A DNA stretch of 64,000 nucleotides from positions 95,637,916-95,701,915 of the forward strand of contig NC_068984.1 of assembly GCF_001194135.2 (NCBI RefSeq), written 5' to 3'. Below the pieces are notes generated by a model that saw only the letters and a list, made by a program, of their open reading frames with translations, ran no database searches and was not told the DNA's origin. The DNA is from Octopus bimaculoides (lineage: Eukaryota). Both the position numbers and the translations under genes were made by a program. Below are positions 24,420-37,539 of the stretch, piece after piece. Positions within the stretch are counted from its first letter, which is position 1. Each line of letters opens with the position of its first letter.

Positions 24420-24780
24420 CCTTCCTTGCTCTCATTCCTGCTGCTACACCTGCATTCTTGTTTCCAACACCATCACCCACACAGCAGACTCAACAACTGC
24501 ACTTTTCACATAAGGAACTCTCTCTGATGCACCTCTAACAACCTGATACAGGTACTCCAATGTTCCCTTTGAAATCTGATAAACGTAGAACTGGCTGCCA
24601 ACTGTTTGACAGGTTTGCAGAGCATCTTAAGGACATGGCATTACCTGTCTGTTGACAATTCTGTTCTGCCAACCACTCCAACTTGGTTTTCAACACCAGA
24701 TCACCATTGCTAGCATCCAGAGGGAAAAGTAGAACATTTTTTTCTCCCAAAACTTACATGCCCTACAGTTTGAAATCACT
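24420..24780 (+). mobile_element. Penelope-like GIY-YIG relic (similar to 13110-13620)
   Basis: LFDRFAEHLKDM, RQFCSANHS and an upstream Cys-rich linker. Confidence 0.55.
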
Positions 24781-25989
24781 ACATCAATTCTTCTAACATG
24801 CATTTTCAGTATATTCATCAACTCTAGTACTATACGCCACTTCCCCTTGCTCCCTCCCACTCTGTTCCCATGCACCCTACATACACCTTCCCCCACTACC
24901 CACACTACACCCACATCACCCTCACATCTGCACACTCATCCCTAACATACTAACATGTGTTCCCCACCACACACATACACAGTTCAGATTCTTGACTGAA
25001 ACCTTACTGATACCAGACACTAACTACCTATAAGTCATACCAGCAGATGCGTACACACACACCTTCATATACATCTGATCAATGTCACACACACACACAC
25101 ATATATATGCAAGCACACAGACACTGCTAATCTCATCAACCAAACACTCTCAGTCAGTCAGTAGATGGAGAGATAGATGACACTTCTCCTATCTGCAATC
25201 ATTCTCAACACCCTCTCATATCTGCCATAAATGCCCCTCACCACCTTTGTTGCACCACTCACTATAGCCACTCTCGTGTATCTCTGACTTCCACTCTGTC
25301 ACTGTACATTTTCATCCCTCACCCTTCCACTCTCACACACTGCACATCATCTTCCTTATTTCTAATCTATCAACAAATTTATGACACTATTGCTCTCCAC
25401 ACCTACAGTATCCCTGCGTGTCACCTCTTCCTTCCTCAACTACTTCCATCTTTCTCACCTCTCCATCCTATGCTGACATTCACCTCAACCAAACCTCCAT
25501 CCTTATTGCTCATACACTATAACCACCTCTAGCCATCTGTCACTATCCTCTCACACTTTTATAAAATTACTCAACCTTTCCTTCCTCCAGTCTATATTCT
25601 CCCATCCTTTACCTTGAGAATATGCTCTGGTACTATCACCACCAATTTTATCTTCCTTCCAGCTACTCTCACTCATCTTCATATAAAGTTGGGCAGTCAT
25701 GTATCTCCTCTAAAGAAAGACACCTGCGCTTGTCTCTGTATCATTCTTTAGCCTTCATCATCTGTCATAAAGCAAGCTCTCCTGCTCTCAAAAATACTCA
25801 CTCAGTTGATGGGGATTTTTCTGTTTTCTTTCATTTCCTATCTTTGACTGGCAATTTACTTGGTAACCTTATTAGTGCTGGTGCCAGGAAAAAAAATCAC
25901 CCACTACACACTGTAAAGTGGTTAGTATTAGGAAGGGTGTCCAGTTATGCAGCTCATTGGATCCTGTCAAACTGACATGCCATGAACAA

Positions 25990-26950
25990 GTTCAGAAAGA
26001 ATCTGCTAAAAATCTTCAAAGAATTTGGCCTATCTATAAACAATTACTATCAATTTGACAAAAGTCAACTTCTTGGATGTAACCCTACACTTGAAGACAA
26101 GCAAGTACTAATCTTAGAGAAAGCCCAATGAGGAAACTGTTTACATCCACAGAAACTCCAACCATCCCTAGCTGTAATTAGAAATTTAGTCACAGGCATA
26201 AATAGGAAAATCTCTTAGCTGTTAGCAGATAGAGAAATCTTCAAACAGGTCCTTCACTCATTTAAACAAGGCAGTAGGAAGGAGTGCATTCACTGAGTAG
26301 TACATATGGAGGACACACCCAGAAAGAGAAAGCTAATCTCGTCCAATCCTCTATTTAACCTGGAAGTTTTAACCAGCCTAACTTGGACCTTCCTGATGTT
26401 AATGAAGAAAACATTTCCCTAGAACCCATAAGTATTATAAACTCTTCAATCTCCACAATGTTATTCCTGCTTAGACAACAATGCTTCAAACATCATAGAC
26501 ACAAATTCACACCTAGATAGCCTCTAATCCACACCCCAACCTGTAATGGTTGAAATCCTACCAACAACCCACTGGCAGGATCCTGTCTCTCAAAGGTTGC
26601 TATCTACAGACTACAGCCTTTGAGATGTCTCACACCATCTAATGACACTACATGGGGATGACAACCAATAACTTTAAGGGAAGGTTATACATAACATAAG
26701 CACTACTTCTGAAGCAGAGATAGGGAAAATTCTACCTCACTGTCCTGCTTCATCTGGACTCATTAGAATGACTTCCTCAAGATCAAACGGAGTATCATTG
26801 ATGGGCCCAACCTGGAACTTGCAATTTCCAACTTTGTCTTTACAAAAGACAACACATATTCCACCAACCTGCAGTATCCACCAACTGGAAGAATGAACCA
26901 TCTTATTGTTGCCACCAGAGGCATGCCCTGTAAATGAATTTCAAGCCACT
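25990..26950 (+). mobile_element. Penelope-like element relic (RT thumb + GIY-YIG)
   Basis: KIFKEFGL, NLTKVNFLDVTL, YIHRNSNHP, GSCLSKVAIY, YMGMTTNNFK, TSLSCFIW. Confidence 0.7.
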
Positions 26951-27474
26951 GGCAGCTGATGATCCAGGTATACCACCCTAGGCACTCCCCACACACACAA
27001 AGGCAGGGTATTTTATCCCTGCCACCAATAGAGATAACAGCCCCATTCTTGCTGATCTTCCAGCCTCAGTTTTTAACCTAGCACCATCAAAACTGGTTAT
27101 ACCCACATAAAGACTACTGACGCTAATGTGTTAATACTCCAATAAATGACCACTGAGCTTGCAATGAACTGATGTCACTAAATACACCATACCACAGCTT
27201 GCAGACATAGTGGGAGACCTACCTGCCAACACCTTGTGTGAGCTAGTGGGCCTAAAAATAAAGAAAAGAACTGATGTTGTTTCCATGACCTGACTTAATC
27301 AATAGAGAGCTCTAACATCTTGAAGCCATCCCAAATTTGTCTCAAATCTCATTACTCTTCTCTAGGTATCTGATGAGCAGGGTTCGTCTTCTAATTCCAT
27401 GAAACTTTATGTCAAATAGAGCTGAATCAAACTGCTATTAAATAATATATATGTAACTCCTACCAAGTGTGTTG

Positions 27475-27670
27475 AGGGCATGTGCCTGGTGGTTAAGGTG
27501 TTGCACTTATGATCACAAGATTGTGATTTTGATTCCCAGACTGGGTAGTAATTTGTGTTGTTGAGCAAAACACTTCATCTCACATTGCTCTGTGATCATT
27601 TCGACATCTGACATGTGGTTCACTGTGCACTGTACAGACAATATTAATTTGATAGAGGGAGTGAGTTACA
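27475..27670 (+). mobile_element. tRNA-derived SINE (third type), decayed
   Basis: A-box-like TGCCTGGTGGTTAAG, B-box-like GATTTTGATTCCC, then ttgagcaaaacacttcat. Confidence 0.5.
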
Positions 27671-27749
27671 GGGTGTTTGATCTAAATTCAACAGTTTGCA
27701 TAAAAACAAAACAAGACAATATCCCATCCAAATATAAAAGTATTTTTAA

Positions 27750-28740
27750 AAATTGAAAATATATCAATTAGCCTCCATCAATTTCCATCATGGCCTCAAG
27801 ATGGCCCCAGAACCAGGTGTGTGTATTCCTCACTGTGTCCCTAGGAAGATCTTCAAACATTTCCTTGATCTTGGTCACCAACTGGGCCTTAGTGATGCAG
27901 GTAGAGTGGTTGGTATCTTTCTCAACTGCACCCACACACTAAGTAATTCATAGGATTACAATAGGAGGAATTAGGAAACCAGAATTTGGGCTGGCGAAGT
28001 TGTAGAAATTCTCTAAAAACTACTTCTGAGTCTTTCCGGCAGTATGGCAAGGAGCTGAATCATGCTGCCACACATATAGTCTTCCACCAGCACCCCAGTC
28101 AAGCAGCTTCACATAGCCTCCTGAACTGAGTTGAGGGCCCTCTTCAAAGATATAGGGTAGCATGATGTCACCCAGGAAGCACACCCAAAGACCATCACAG
28201 TTTCGTGATATGTGGGACATCACATAGATCTTAGGCAAGCCAATTGTTGTTCTAGGCATGGTGTAACTGGTCCTGGCAGAAGTTCTTTTCAGCTGAGAAG
28301 AACCAGATCATTCCTAGTTCATCAGGATGCCTCAGCTTATTCAGGAGCTTTTTTGTCTTTACCAAGCAGTACCCCTTGACCCTGGCTGTCAGAATTTGTC
28401 CCTAGCACCTCGTGTATGAGTGATAGCAAAAGTCCTCATTCAAGGCCAGCTTTCTTTCACCAAAAACCTAGATTGCCTGCTCAGATTTTCCATCACTTGG
28501 ATGAATTCAGACATGCAAATATAGTTGGAACACCTATGTCCCTTCCAGTTAACCACAACTTTGTGGTCGCTGTTGCAGCTATCCATATCACATCTTACAG
28601 CCTCCACAGTGTTCATAGAGCATTGAGCAGCAATCATGATGTTGGTATTTTTACAACAAGCTCAATAATCAGATGGCTTCCAGTCCTCCATGTGGCTTCC
28701 AGTCCTCCATGTCAGGGCGCATGACAGCTTCATATGTGAA
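27750..28740 (-). mobile_element. Tc1/mariner superfamily (DD37D/maT-like) transposase relic
   Basis: YVWQHDSAPCHTAGKTQK, HIMVFG-like and SDEKNF-like remnants; internally deleted. Confidence 0.65.
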
Positions 28741-29629
28741 CATAAAGTGGTAGCAGAGAGAAACAAAGTGAGAGATAGAAGAAAAGAGGAATAGAAGCAA
28801 ACAAGTTGTGAGTGAGGTGAAGGGAAAAGATGAGCTGAGAAGGGAGTAGGAGGATAAGAAAAGGATTAATGAAATAAGAGGAGATATCAAGTCCAAATAT
28901 GAAACATTGTTCCCTAAATTTTCTTGGGAATTACATCTTTATGGTATATGGAGATGTAATTAAATATATTTAATAAAATTCTATTTTGTTTTTTTTTTTC
29001 TATATGTACTCTGTAGAGATGCTTGAGGTAGCCTGTAGGGACCAGTTATAGCCTTTGGAAAATAGGTCCTTTGCATCTGTGCAAATGTAAATGAAAATAG
29101 CAACTCCTTTCTTTCTTCAGCCTGAACAATCCATGCAATTTTGACCTCAGCATCTAAGTTGATCTCAGAATGGAGAAAGTGTTGTATGTGGTCCAGCATT
29201 CAATATATGGAATCTTCCATTTTGTGCTTTGATAGTGTGCTGATGCCTTGTGTATTTAATCGGCTTGTCTTTGCTAAGGTAGTTGTGTCTTTGTGTTACT
29301 TCAAAGACCTAGTATTGTGTTTGCTATTTAATGACAAAACTCAGATTAACTTGTGCACTCGTGTGACAACAGGGGCTGATAATGTGCTATAGTGAGAATG
29401 CTTTGCTTCTCTAGATTATTTTTTTCCCTAGATTTAGCCTGGCTAAAAGAGACTTGATTAGAGAATGGTTGATGTCTGTGGCAACCTCTCTTCTGCTGGT
29501 GGCATAATAAAATGCATCAGTACACAAACATGACCATGATGACTCATCCAACCTATGTCAGCATAAAAAGTGGATGTAAAAATTATTTACACACACACAT
29601 TCATATACATAGAATAATCTAAGATGTAC

Positions 29630-29841
29630 CTTGGAATTGTCGAAGGGTCTCCCATGATGAAGTAACCATGTAATCTTCAAGAAATTCTATTATCCGTGGT
29701 ACACATCGACCGGGAGCATGGATAAATGTGTTTGTGAATGTCTGGAAAAGAATCAGCACAGCCAGGTGTAGTGCATTTGCTGGATCATCTTCAGCGGATA
29801 ATTCAGCAATGAGAGTTTGTCGGTGTTCCTGGAGGAGCTGT
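29630..29841 (-). CDS. UFL1: UFL1 coding exon, phase 2 to 1
   Basis: QLLQEHRQTLIAELSAEDDPANALHLAVLILFQTFTNTFIHAPGRCVPRIIEFL contains the diagnostic UFL1 motif HAPGRCVP. Acceptor ttgtAG, donor GTacat; 212 bp. Confidence 0.95.
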
Positions 29842-30351
29842 CTACAAATAAACAAAACAAATAAGAAGCTTTAACAGCAAGTAATAACAAAAAGCGTAGA
29901 ATAATGTTTTACAATGTGCATGTGCGTGTGTATGTATACCAACCACAAAAGCCACAAAAACAGAATTTGCCAAAGCCAAAAGAAATTCAAGTATAGCACA
30001 GCCTAATCAGTGTCTGAACAGACACTAGTGTTACAATTAGCCAGTGAGTTTGTTACAAAGAGATGAGTTGTTGCTATCTCTAGCAGTTGAGTGTCCATCA
30101 CTGATGAAGTCAAGGAAGGATCAAATCACATGATCTAGTGGTCTCAGTGGGGATTTATCTCCCTGCTAGCAATCGAAAGAAGCATGCATTTTGTACCAAA
30201 AGCCTATATGAAAATTTCTCTCATGGCATCTCCCATACTAAAGTTCGTTCTAACATAACATCTATGTTTAAGTAGGAATAAATATTAATTCTTTTAGTAT
30301 TTTTCAAATTAGTAATCAATTTAATAATTATTGACAATCCAATGTTTATAA

Positions 30352-30610
30352 TCATCATCATCATCATCATCGTTTAACGTCCGCTTTCCATGCTAGCATG
30401 CGTTGGACGATTTGACTAAGCACTGGTGAACCAGGTGGCTACACCAGGCTTCAATCTGATCTGGCAGAGTTTCTACAGCTGGATGCCCTTCCAAACACCA
30501 ACCACTCCGAGAGTGTAGTGGGTGCTTTTACGTGCCACCAGCACGAAGGCCAGTCAGGCGGTACTGGCAACGGCCACGCTCAAAATAGTGTATTTTACAT
30601 GCCACCTGCG
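30352..30610 (-). mobile_element. 5'-truncated RTE 3' UTR with (GAT)n tail
   Basis: Aligns with 21855-22148 and 37260-37487. Confidence 0.9.
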
Positions 30611-30865
30611 ATTGTCAATAATTATTTCATTTGAATAAATCTGAATTATAAATCTGTTCCAAAATAAATACATTCACCCACACATTATACATTCTTATGT
30701 GAATTTTCATACATTACTACCTTCTATTTAATGGTAGGGAATGAGTGAACCTGATGATTGAAAAAAGTGAAGAAACTATGGATATCTTTCCTGAAAAATG
30801 AAAATTAAATAGTCATCAGATACTACTGAAGAAACTTTAACATATTCATCACACAAATGAATGGC

Positions 30866-30896
<31 letters not shown>

Positions 30897-31414
30897 GTGC
30901 ATTGGTTATAACAAGAAAAATTACTAAATATATTTTGCACAGTATAATTATTAAATATATTTGGCTACTCCATTTTCCACAATAATGAAATCATTCAGTA
31001 AAAACAACTCCAGTTGGAGTCGGTTAACCTTTGCACATAAATTATAAGTCAGCAGAAATATCATAGAATAAAAACTTCAAAGAGATAATTCAGGCAAAGG
31101 GGCATTTAGAATAACTTTATAAAATACTCATTGTAGGCTATGTTCAATCAAGAACTAATTAGTTCAAACAAGACTAATTAAATATTTTTCAAAGGAAAAT
31201 CATCACAATTAAGTGTATTTTAGCCAACTCTAAGCCAAAAATTCCCATTTTTTATGTAGTTTCTCTTGGCACAAAATATTCATTTTATAATTGTTTGGAC
31301 ATCTTGATATATTTACTGAGATGAGAGTATAATTTAAGAGAAATAATACTCTGCAGTATGAGGTTAAAATTCATTATACATGTCTTGCACTGAGGCCTTA
31401 ATTTGATATCCATA

Positions 31415-31820
31415 TTATTATCGTTTTAATGTTGACTTTTCCATGCTTTAATGTTGAGTCTGATTTTTCATAGCCAGATGCCCTTCCTACTGCCAACCAA
31501 TATCAGTTCCCAAGTAAAGTAATATTTCCCCATGGCCAGACATGTTTAATAGAAAGAGGAAATTAAGGACACTGCTTATATGAGAGTCATGCTCATTTAA
31601 CTATCACACTATGTCAAGATAAGGAGACACAAACACACATACATTCATACAGGTACATACATGTGCACACAATGAGCTTCTCTAAGTTTTCGGCTACCAA
31701 AACCACTCACAAGGATTTTGTTGGCTCAGAGTTATAGTAGAAAACACTGGGCCAAGGTGCCATGCAGTGGGACTGAATTTAAAACCAAGTGGTTGGGAAG
31801 TGAACATCTAAACAACAGCC
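31415..31820 (-). mobile_element. SINE with tRNA-derived head and RTE-like 3' tail
   Basis: Head GGTTTTAAATTCAGTCCCACTGCATGGCACCTTGG; tail GGCAGTAGGAAGGGCATCTGGC...AGCATGGAAAAGTCAACATTAAAAC, like the RTE 3' end. Confidence 0.65.
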
Positions 31821-33126
31821 ATGCCTGCACCCATATATATATATATATATATNNNNNNNNNNNNNNNNNNNNNNNNNNNNNNNNNNNNNNNNNNNNNNNN
31901 NNNNNNNNNNNNNNNNNNNNNNNNNNNNNNNNNNNNNNNNNNNNNNNNNNNNNNNNNNNNNNNNNNNNNNNNNNNNNNNNNNNNNNNNNNNNNNNNNNNN
32001 NNNNNNNNNNNNNNNNNNNNNNNNNNNNNNNNNNNNNNNNNNNNNNNNNNNNNNNNNNNNNNNNNNNNNNNNNNNNNNNNNNNNNNNNNNNNNNNNNNNN
32101 NNNNNNNNNNNNNNNNNNNNNNNNNNNNNNNNNNNNNNNNNNNNNNNNNNNNNNNNNNNNNNNNNNNNNNNNNNNNNNNNNNNNNNNNNNNNNNNNNNNN
32201 NNNNNNNNNNNNNNNNNNNNNNNNNNNNNNNNNNNNNNNNNNNNNNNNNNNNNNNNNNNNNNNNNNNNNNNNNNNNNNNNNNNNNNNNNNNNNNNNNNNN
32301 NNNNNNNNNNNNNNNNNNNNNNNNNNNNNNNNNNNNNNNNNNNNNNNNNNNNNNNNNNNNNNNNNNNNNNNNNNNNNNNNNNNNNNNNNNNNNNNNNNNN
32401 NNNNNNNNNNNNNNNNNNNNNNNNNNNNNNNNNNNNNNNNNNNNNNNNNNNNNNNNNNNNNNNNNNNNNNNNNNNNNNNNNNNNNNNNNNNNNNNNNNNN
32501 NNNNNNNNNNNNNNNNNNNNNNNNNNNNNNNNNNNNNNNNNNNNNNNNNNNAACGTGACATTATTAACTTTACATTTATTAGAATATAAACTAACAGAAA
32601 TATTAAATGCAAATCTTATCTTAACGAGTCTTCCGTTTAAAATACAATTTAAACGAAGTTTTAGGTTAAACTAAAATTATAAACATAAAATAAATAACTT
32701 TAATTTTAATATAAACTAACAAAAAATTAAATCACCATTAAATAAAAGAAAAAGCATTTAACAAAATTATTGAAAAGAAATACAAAATTTATCTAATCGA
32801 ATCTTTAGCTTGAATAAAATTTTAAATGTTGTACTATTAACTTAACCTTAATTAGAATATTAACTAATAATCAAAGAAATTATATAAAAAAAACTACTTA
32901 TTTATCCCATAATCAAAAAGAAATATTAAACAATATTATTTGAAAAATGCAACACTAATCTAATCGAAGTTTTGGTTTAAACTAAAATGATAACTTAGTG
33001 TTAAATAAGGTATCGGCTAACATTAAATATCAATTGAATTACTATAAAAATACATATTGTTTTTATCTTCATTAATATTGTTAAATGATTTTCTATCATT
33101 GAATGGAAAAATATGTATTACTGAAA

Positions 33127-33316
33127 AACAGTAAACAACATGAAATATGAAAACAAATGAGCTAAATATGCAAATAACGAGAGAAAAAAAAAGGACAAAT
33201 AATACAAAGAATGACCCTTCATCAGTTGTCAGCTGTTTATCTACTACCCATTTCGAGCAATCTTGTTATTTGCGTATTTAACTCATTTATTTTCGTATTT
33301 CATGTTGTTTACTGTT
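33127..33316. repeat. 52-bp inverted repeat (48/52) with 86-nt spacer
   Basis: 33127-33178 versus reverse complement of 33265-33316; four transition differences. Confidence 0.9.
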
Positions 33317-33349
33317 GGTGACGTCTTATACTCATATATATATATATAG

Positions 33350-33772
33350 TTTTAGGGAAAAGAACCAAGTTTCAAGAACTCATTGAGGAAAATCCACTAT
33401 CACATATAGAAAAATTAACAATTAAAAGCACAATAAATGAGTATAATATAAAACAAAGTAAATATCATAAGATAAAGATAATAAAATGACTACACGTGTT
33501 TCATAACTAATTTTCAAATAGAAAAGAAATTTAAATCAATTAAAATCAATTAAAATTATCGAAAATAAATTCTATTAAAAAATACAGCTAACCGTCAGGT
33601 TGTAAATAGAACAATAATTATAATATATAAATATATATATCAACCAACAATAAGTACCAAATGAATTTATATAAAATACTTATTTTATAAAGATAGAAAA
33701 ATTATTAAAAATATCAAAATATCAAAATAATAAACATTTTTTAAATAATAAACTTAGTTCTTTTCCCTAAAA
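33350..33772. mobile_element. AT-rich foldback with 23-bp TIRs flanked by TA repeats; contains a degenerate hammerhead
   Basis: TTTTAGGGAAAAGAACCAAGTTT / AAACTTAGTTCTTTTCCCTAAAA (1 mismatch); minus-strand CTGACGG...GAAAC-ACGT-GTA at 33486-33603. Confidence 0.65.
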
Positions 33773-33889
33773 ATATATATTTTGAAATATATTTTAATCT
33801 ATAAAGCTCAATTTAATTTTAATTTTTTACAAATTGATTTTAATTGAGTTTTTACCTGTAATTTTGGATTTTGTCCCTAATATTATTAT

Positions 33890-33929
<40 letters not shown>

Positions 33930-35750
33930 ATCATCCATCATTTTTAATCCAGGTTTTGTCCCTGTTAACGGGGGTGGCCGGATCTACCACAATTCTATAG
34001 CAACTGCCCTCACACCATCTCACCATCTTGCCCGGTTTTGGGCGTCCTCCCTTCTCAAGCCAACCCTCCCAATCTCCTCCTCCTCCACCTGTTCCCTCCA
34101 CATTTTCCTCAGTCTACCTCGCTTTTGCTGCCTATATATCTCAAACTCTAGCACCCTCTTCAGAACATGCTCCTCATCCTGCCTCAACACATGCCCATAC
34201 CACCACACTCCATTTGCCCTTGCCAGCCATTTCACTGATTCCTCCAACCCCAGCATCTCCATCAAGTCCTCAGTCCTCTTATCAAACAGCCTCACACCAC
34301 ACATTTCTCTCACCATTGCTCTCTCAGTCCTTCTCAAAATTGCCATCTCTCTCTCAAACGCCATGTCTCATTCCCATACAACATTGCAGCTCTCACACAA
34401 CTCCACATTCCCTGAACTTCACCCAGCCAGGTCTTGCTCTTGCTGTCACAGCTGCTTCACATCCACAACTTATATCCACCCTATCTTCCAAATAACAAAA
34501 CCCTCTCACTGTTTTCACCTTGTTACATAGTGTTTCCACTGACTTTGTCAGCCTTCCAGCTCTTTTCTCACATCTTCCATAAACAAACTCTCTTGCCAGT
34601 CTTGGGGTCACCTTCTTCATTTTCATACATCTACTATGAATCCATTTCTTACATCTTGTACACAACACTGCATTTACCATTACCCTCCTCCCACATATAC
34701 CACATGGATCCACCTTACTCACTAACACTTCTCCTTCCACCCCACTCGCCATCACCTTTGTCTTCCCAAGGTTTACCATCAATCCCTCCATTATCTCACT
34801 AATCAGAACAAGATCATCTGCATACAGTATCTCCATTAGCAATCCCTCTCTTGCACTCTCCATCACATCAACCACTATTGCAAACAACAATGGTGACAAC
34901 AAAGATTCCTGATGCACACCAACTTTTACCACAAACTCCTCCGGCAGCTCTGATCCAATTCTCACTCTTGTCTTTACCGCCTCATACAAACTCATTACTG
35001 CTCTCACTATTACCTCTAGTACACCTCTCTTCCTCAATGCCCACTCAATCCCCTTCCTTGGAACCCTATCAAATGCCTTCTCCAGATCAATGAAGCACAT
35101 ATACAACTCCTTCCCCTTATCTCAGTATTCCTCCTGCAATCTCCTTACAATGAACACTGCATCTATTGTCCCCTCAGCTTCCTGACATAAAACAAAACTG
35201 CATTTCATCCACATCCACCCCTATCTGAATTCTCCTCTCCAACACCCTTTCTACTATCTTCATTGCATGCTCCAATAACTTCACTCCTCTATATGCACCA
35301 CAACTCATCACATCCTCCTTCTCCTTGAAGATTGGTACCACCACACTCAGTGCCCAATCATCTGGCATTCCTCTTCCATCCAGCACACCCTGGCAAAGCT
35401 ACATCATCACAACAATCCCTATCTCTGCACTTGCAGTAATCATTTCCACACTTACTTCTAATGAACCAGCTGCCTTTGCTGTTTTCATTTCCTTCATTGC
35501 TTCCACTACTTCCTGACTAACCCTCTCCACTGGCCCCTTCACCACAGCAACTTTTACCCTCTGATCCCATTCGTTCTCCTCATTCACAATTCCCTCCATA
35601 TGCTCCTTCCAAACTCCTCCCCTGTCCTTCTCACCTTATCACTCCACCTCATGCATCTCCTTCCCTCAACATCTCTTCCATCATTTTTCATTGATTTAAT
35701 AAACCTAAACACTCTATCTGAGTTCTCATCCAGCCCAGTCAACTTCTCCT
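33930..35750 (-). mobile_element. RTE-clade LINE (second family), RT region to 3' end, decayed
   Basis: YRGVKLLEHAMKIVERV, FIDLEKAFDRVPR, GVHQESLLSPLLF, ILYADDL, FCYLED, WYGHVLR. Confidence 0.92.
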
Positions 35751-35759
35751 CAGCCTCCT

Positions 35760-37487
35760 ATTATCATAGTCCACCAGGCAATAACACAGGAATTCAAGAC
35801 AGGATGCCCCTAGGAGCTCCTCTATGCTGATGACCTTGCTCTAATTGCTGAGTCACTATCAGAACTAGAGGACAAGTTTCGGTGTGGAAGCAAGGATTAG
35901 AATCGAAGGGCCTTAGAATCAACCTAGCTAAAACCAAAGTCCTAATAAGTAGGAAGGTAGAAAAATCACAAACACCTTCAGGTAGATGGCCCTGCTCGAT
36001 CTGTAGAAAAAGCGTAGGTAGAAACTCTATAAGCTGTACCCAGTGTAAGCTATGGACATATAAGAGGTGCAACAATGTCAAAGGAAGGCTAACTAGGAAG
36101 ATAGTTGTTGTATGTAGCAGATGCTCAGGAGCAATAAACACTGAAAATGTGCAGGGAACAACTGCCACATTCCAGGGAGAAAAACTAGAAGTAGTTGATA
36201 GCTTCCGTTACCTAGGTGACCAAGTCAGTAGCGGGGGAGGGTGCACTGAAAGTGTAGCTGCTAGAATAAGAATAGCCTGGGCAAACTTCAGAGAGCTCTT
36301 ATCTCTGCTGGTGACAAAGGGCCTCTCTCTCAGAGTAAAAGGCAGACTGTATGACGCATGTGTACGAACAGCCATGCTACATGGCAGTGAAACATGGGCC
36401 GTGACTGCTGAGGACATGCATAAGCTCGCAAGGAATGAAGCCAGTATGCTCTGATGGATGTGTAATGTCAGTGTGCATACTTGACAGAGAGAAAAGTTGG
36501 AAGCTCAAGTTGTGTGCAAGAGAGACGATTGCGCTAGTATGGTCATTTGGCGAGAATGGATGAGGATAGCTGTGTGATAAAGTGCCACAGCCTAGCGGTT
36601 GAGGGTACCTGTGGAACAGGTAGGCCCAGGAAGACCTGGGATAAGGAAGACCTGGGTGAGGAAGACCTGGGATGAGGAAGACCTGGATGAGGAAGACCTG
36701 GGTGAAGCACGACCTTCGAACATTAGGCCTCACCGAGGCAATGACTAGTGACCGAGACCTTTGGAAATATGCTGTGCGTGAGAAGACCTGGCAAGACAAG
36801 TGAGACCATAACCCGTGGCCTTTACCAGGAGTGTAGCCAGCCTACTAATGCGTACCTTTCCTTCTTTGGACACAAATCCCTGCTTGCAAAGACCTGTTGA
36901 AGCAAGTGAAATCGGAACCGAAATCAAACCAAATTCGACAACTGGCACCCATGCCAACCTTCCTTCACTGAACTCTGCTTGCGAAGAACTGTTGGGGCAA
37001 GTGAAATCATAACTGAATCAAATTCGATGACTGGCACCCATGCCAGTGGAGCGCTAACAGCACCATCCGAGCGGGATCACTGCCAGAGCAGCGATCTGGC
37101 TTCTGTGCCAGTGGCCCATGTAAAAAGCACCATTTGAACATGATTGTTACCAGCGTCGCCTTACTGACACTTGTGCCGGTGGCATGTGAACAAAACATTC
37201 GAGTGAGGTCGTTGCCAGCACCGCTAGACTGACTCCTGTGCAAGTGGCACGTAAAAATACCATTTGAGCATGGCCGTTGCCAGTACCACCAGACTGGCCC
37301 TTGTGCCGGTGGCATGTAAAAGCACCCACTACACTCTCAGAGTGGTTAGCGTTAGGAAGGGCATCCAGCTGTAGAAACTCTGCCAGATCAGATTGGAGCC
37401 TGGTGCAGCCATCTGGTTCGCCAGTCTTCAGTCAAATCGTCCAACCCAAGCTAGCATGGAAAGCAGACGTTAAACGATGATGATGAT
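35760..37487 (+). mobile_element. RTE-clade LINE (same family as 21855-23100), 5'-truncated in RT, full 3' UTR with (GAT)n
   Basis: LLYADDL, GLRINLAKTKV, VDSFRYLGD, LHGSETW; tail at 37475-37487. Confidence 0.93.
36628..36705 (+). repeat. Five-copy 15-16 bp tandem repeat (AGGAAGACCTGGG..) inside the RTE ORF end
   Basis: Direct inspection; the homologous copy at 47160-47185 (-) has one unit. Confidence 0.9.
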
Positions 37488-37539
37488 ATATAAACATATA
37501 CATATATATATATATATATATATAAATATATACATATAA

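Noticed and set aside
30105-30130. CTGATGA motifs at about 30105, 16047 and 58134
   Set aside because: No stem II followed by GAAA; not hammerheads.
37040-37330. Regularly spaced repeats resembling a CRISPR array
   Set aside because: Repeats are degenerate, spacers are homologous to each other, the context is a eukaryotic RTE 3' UTR, and there are no cas genes.
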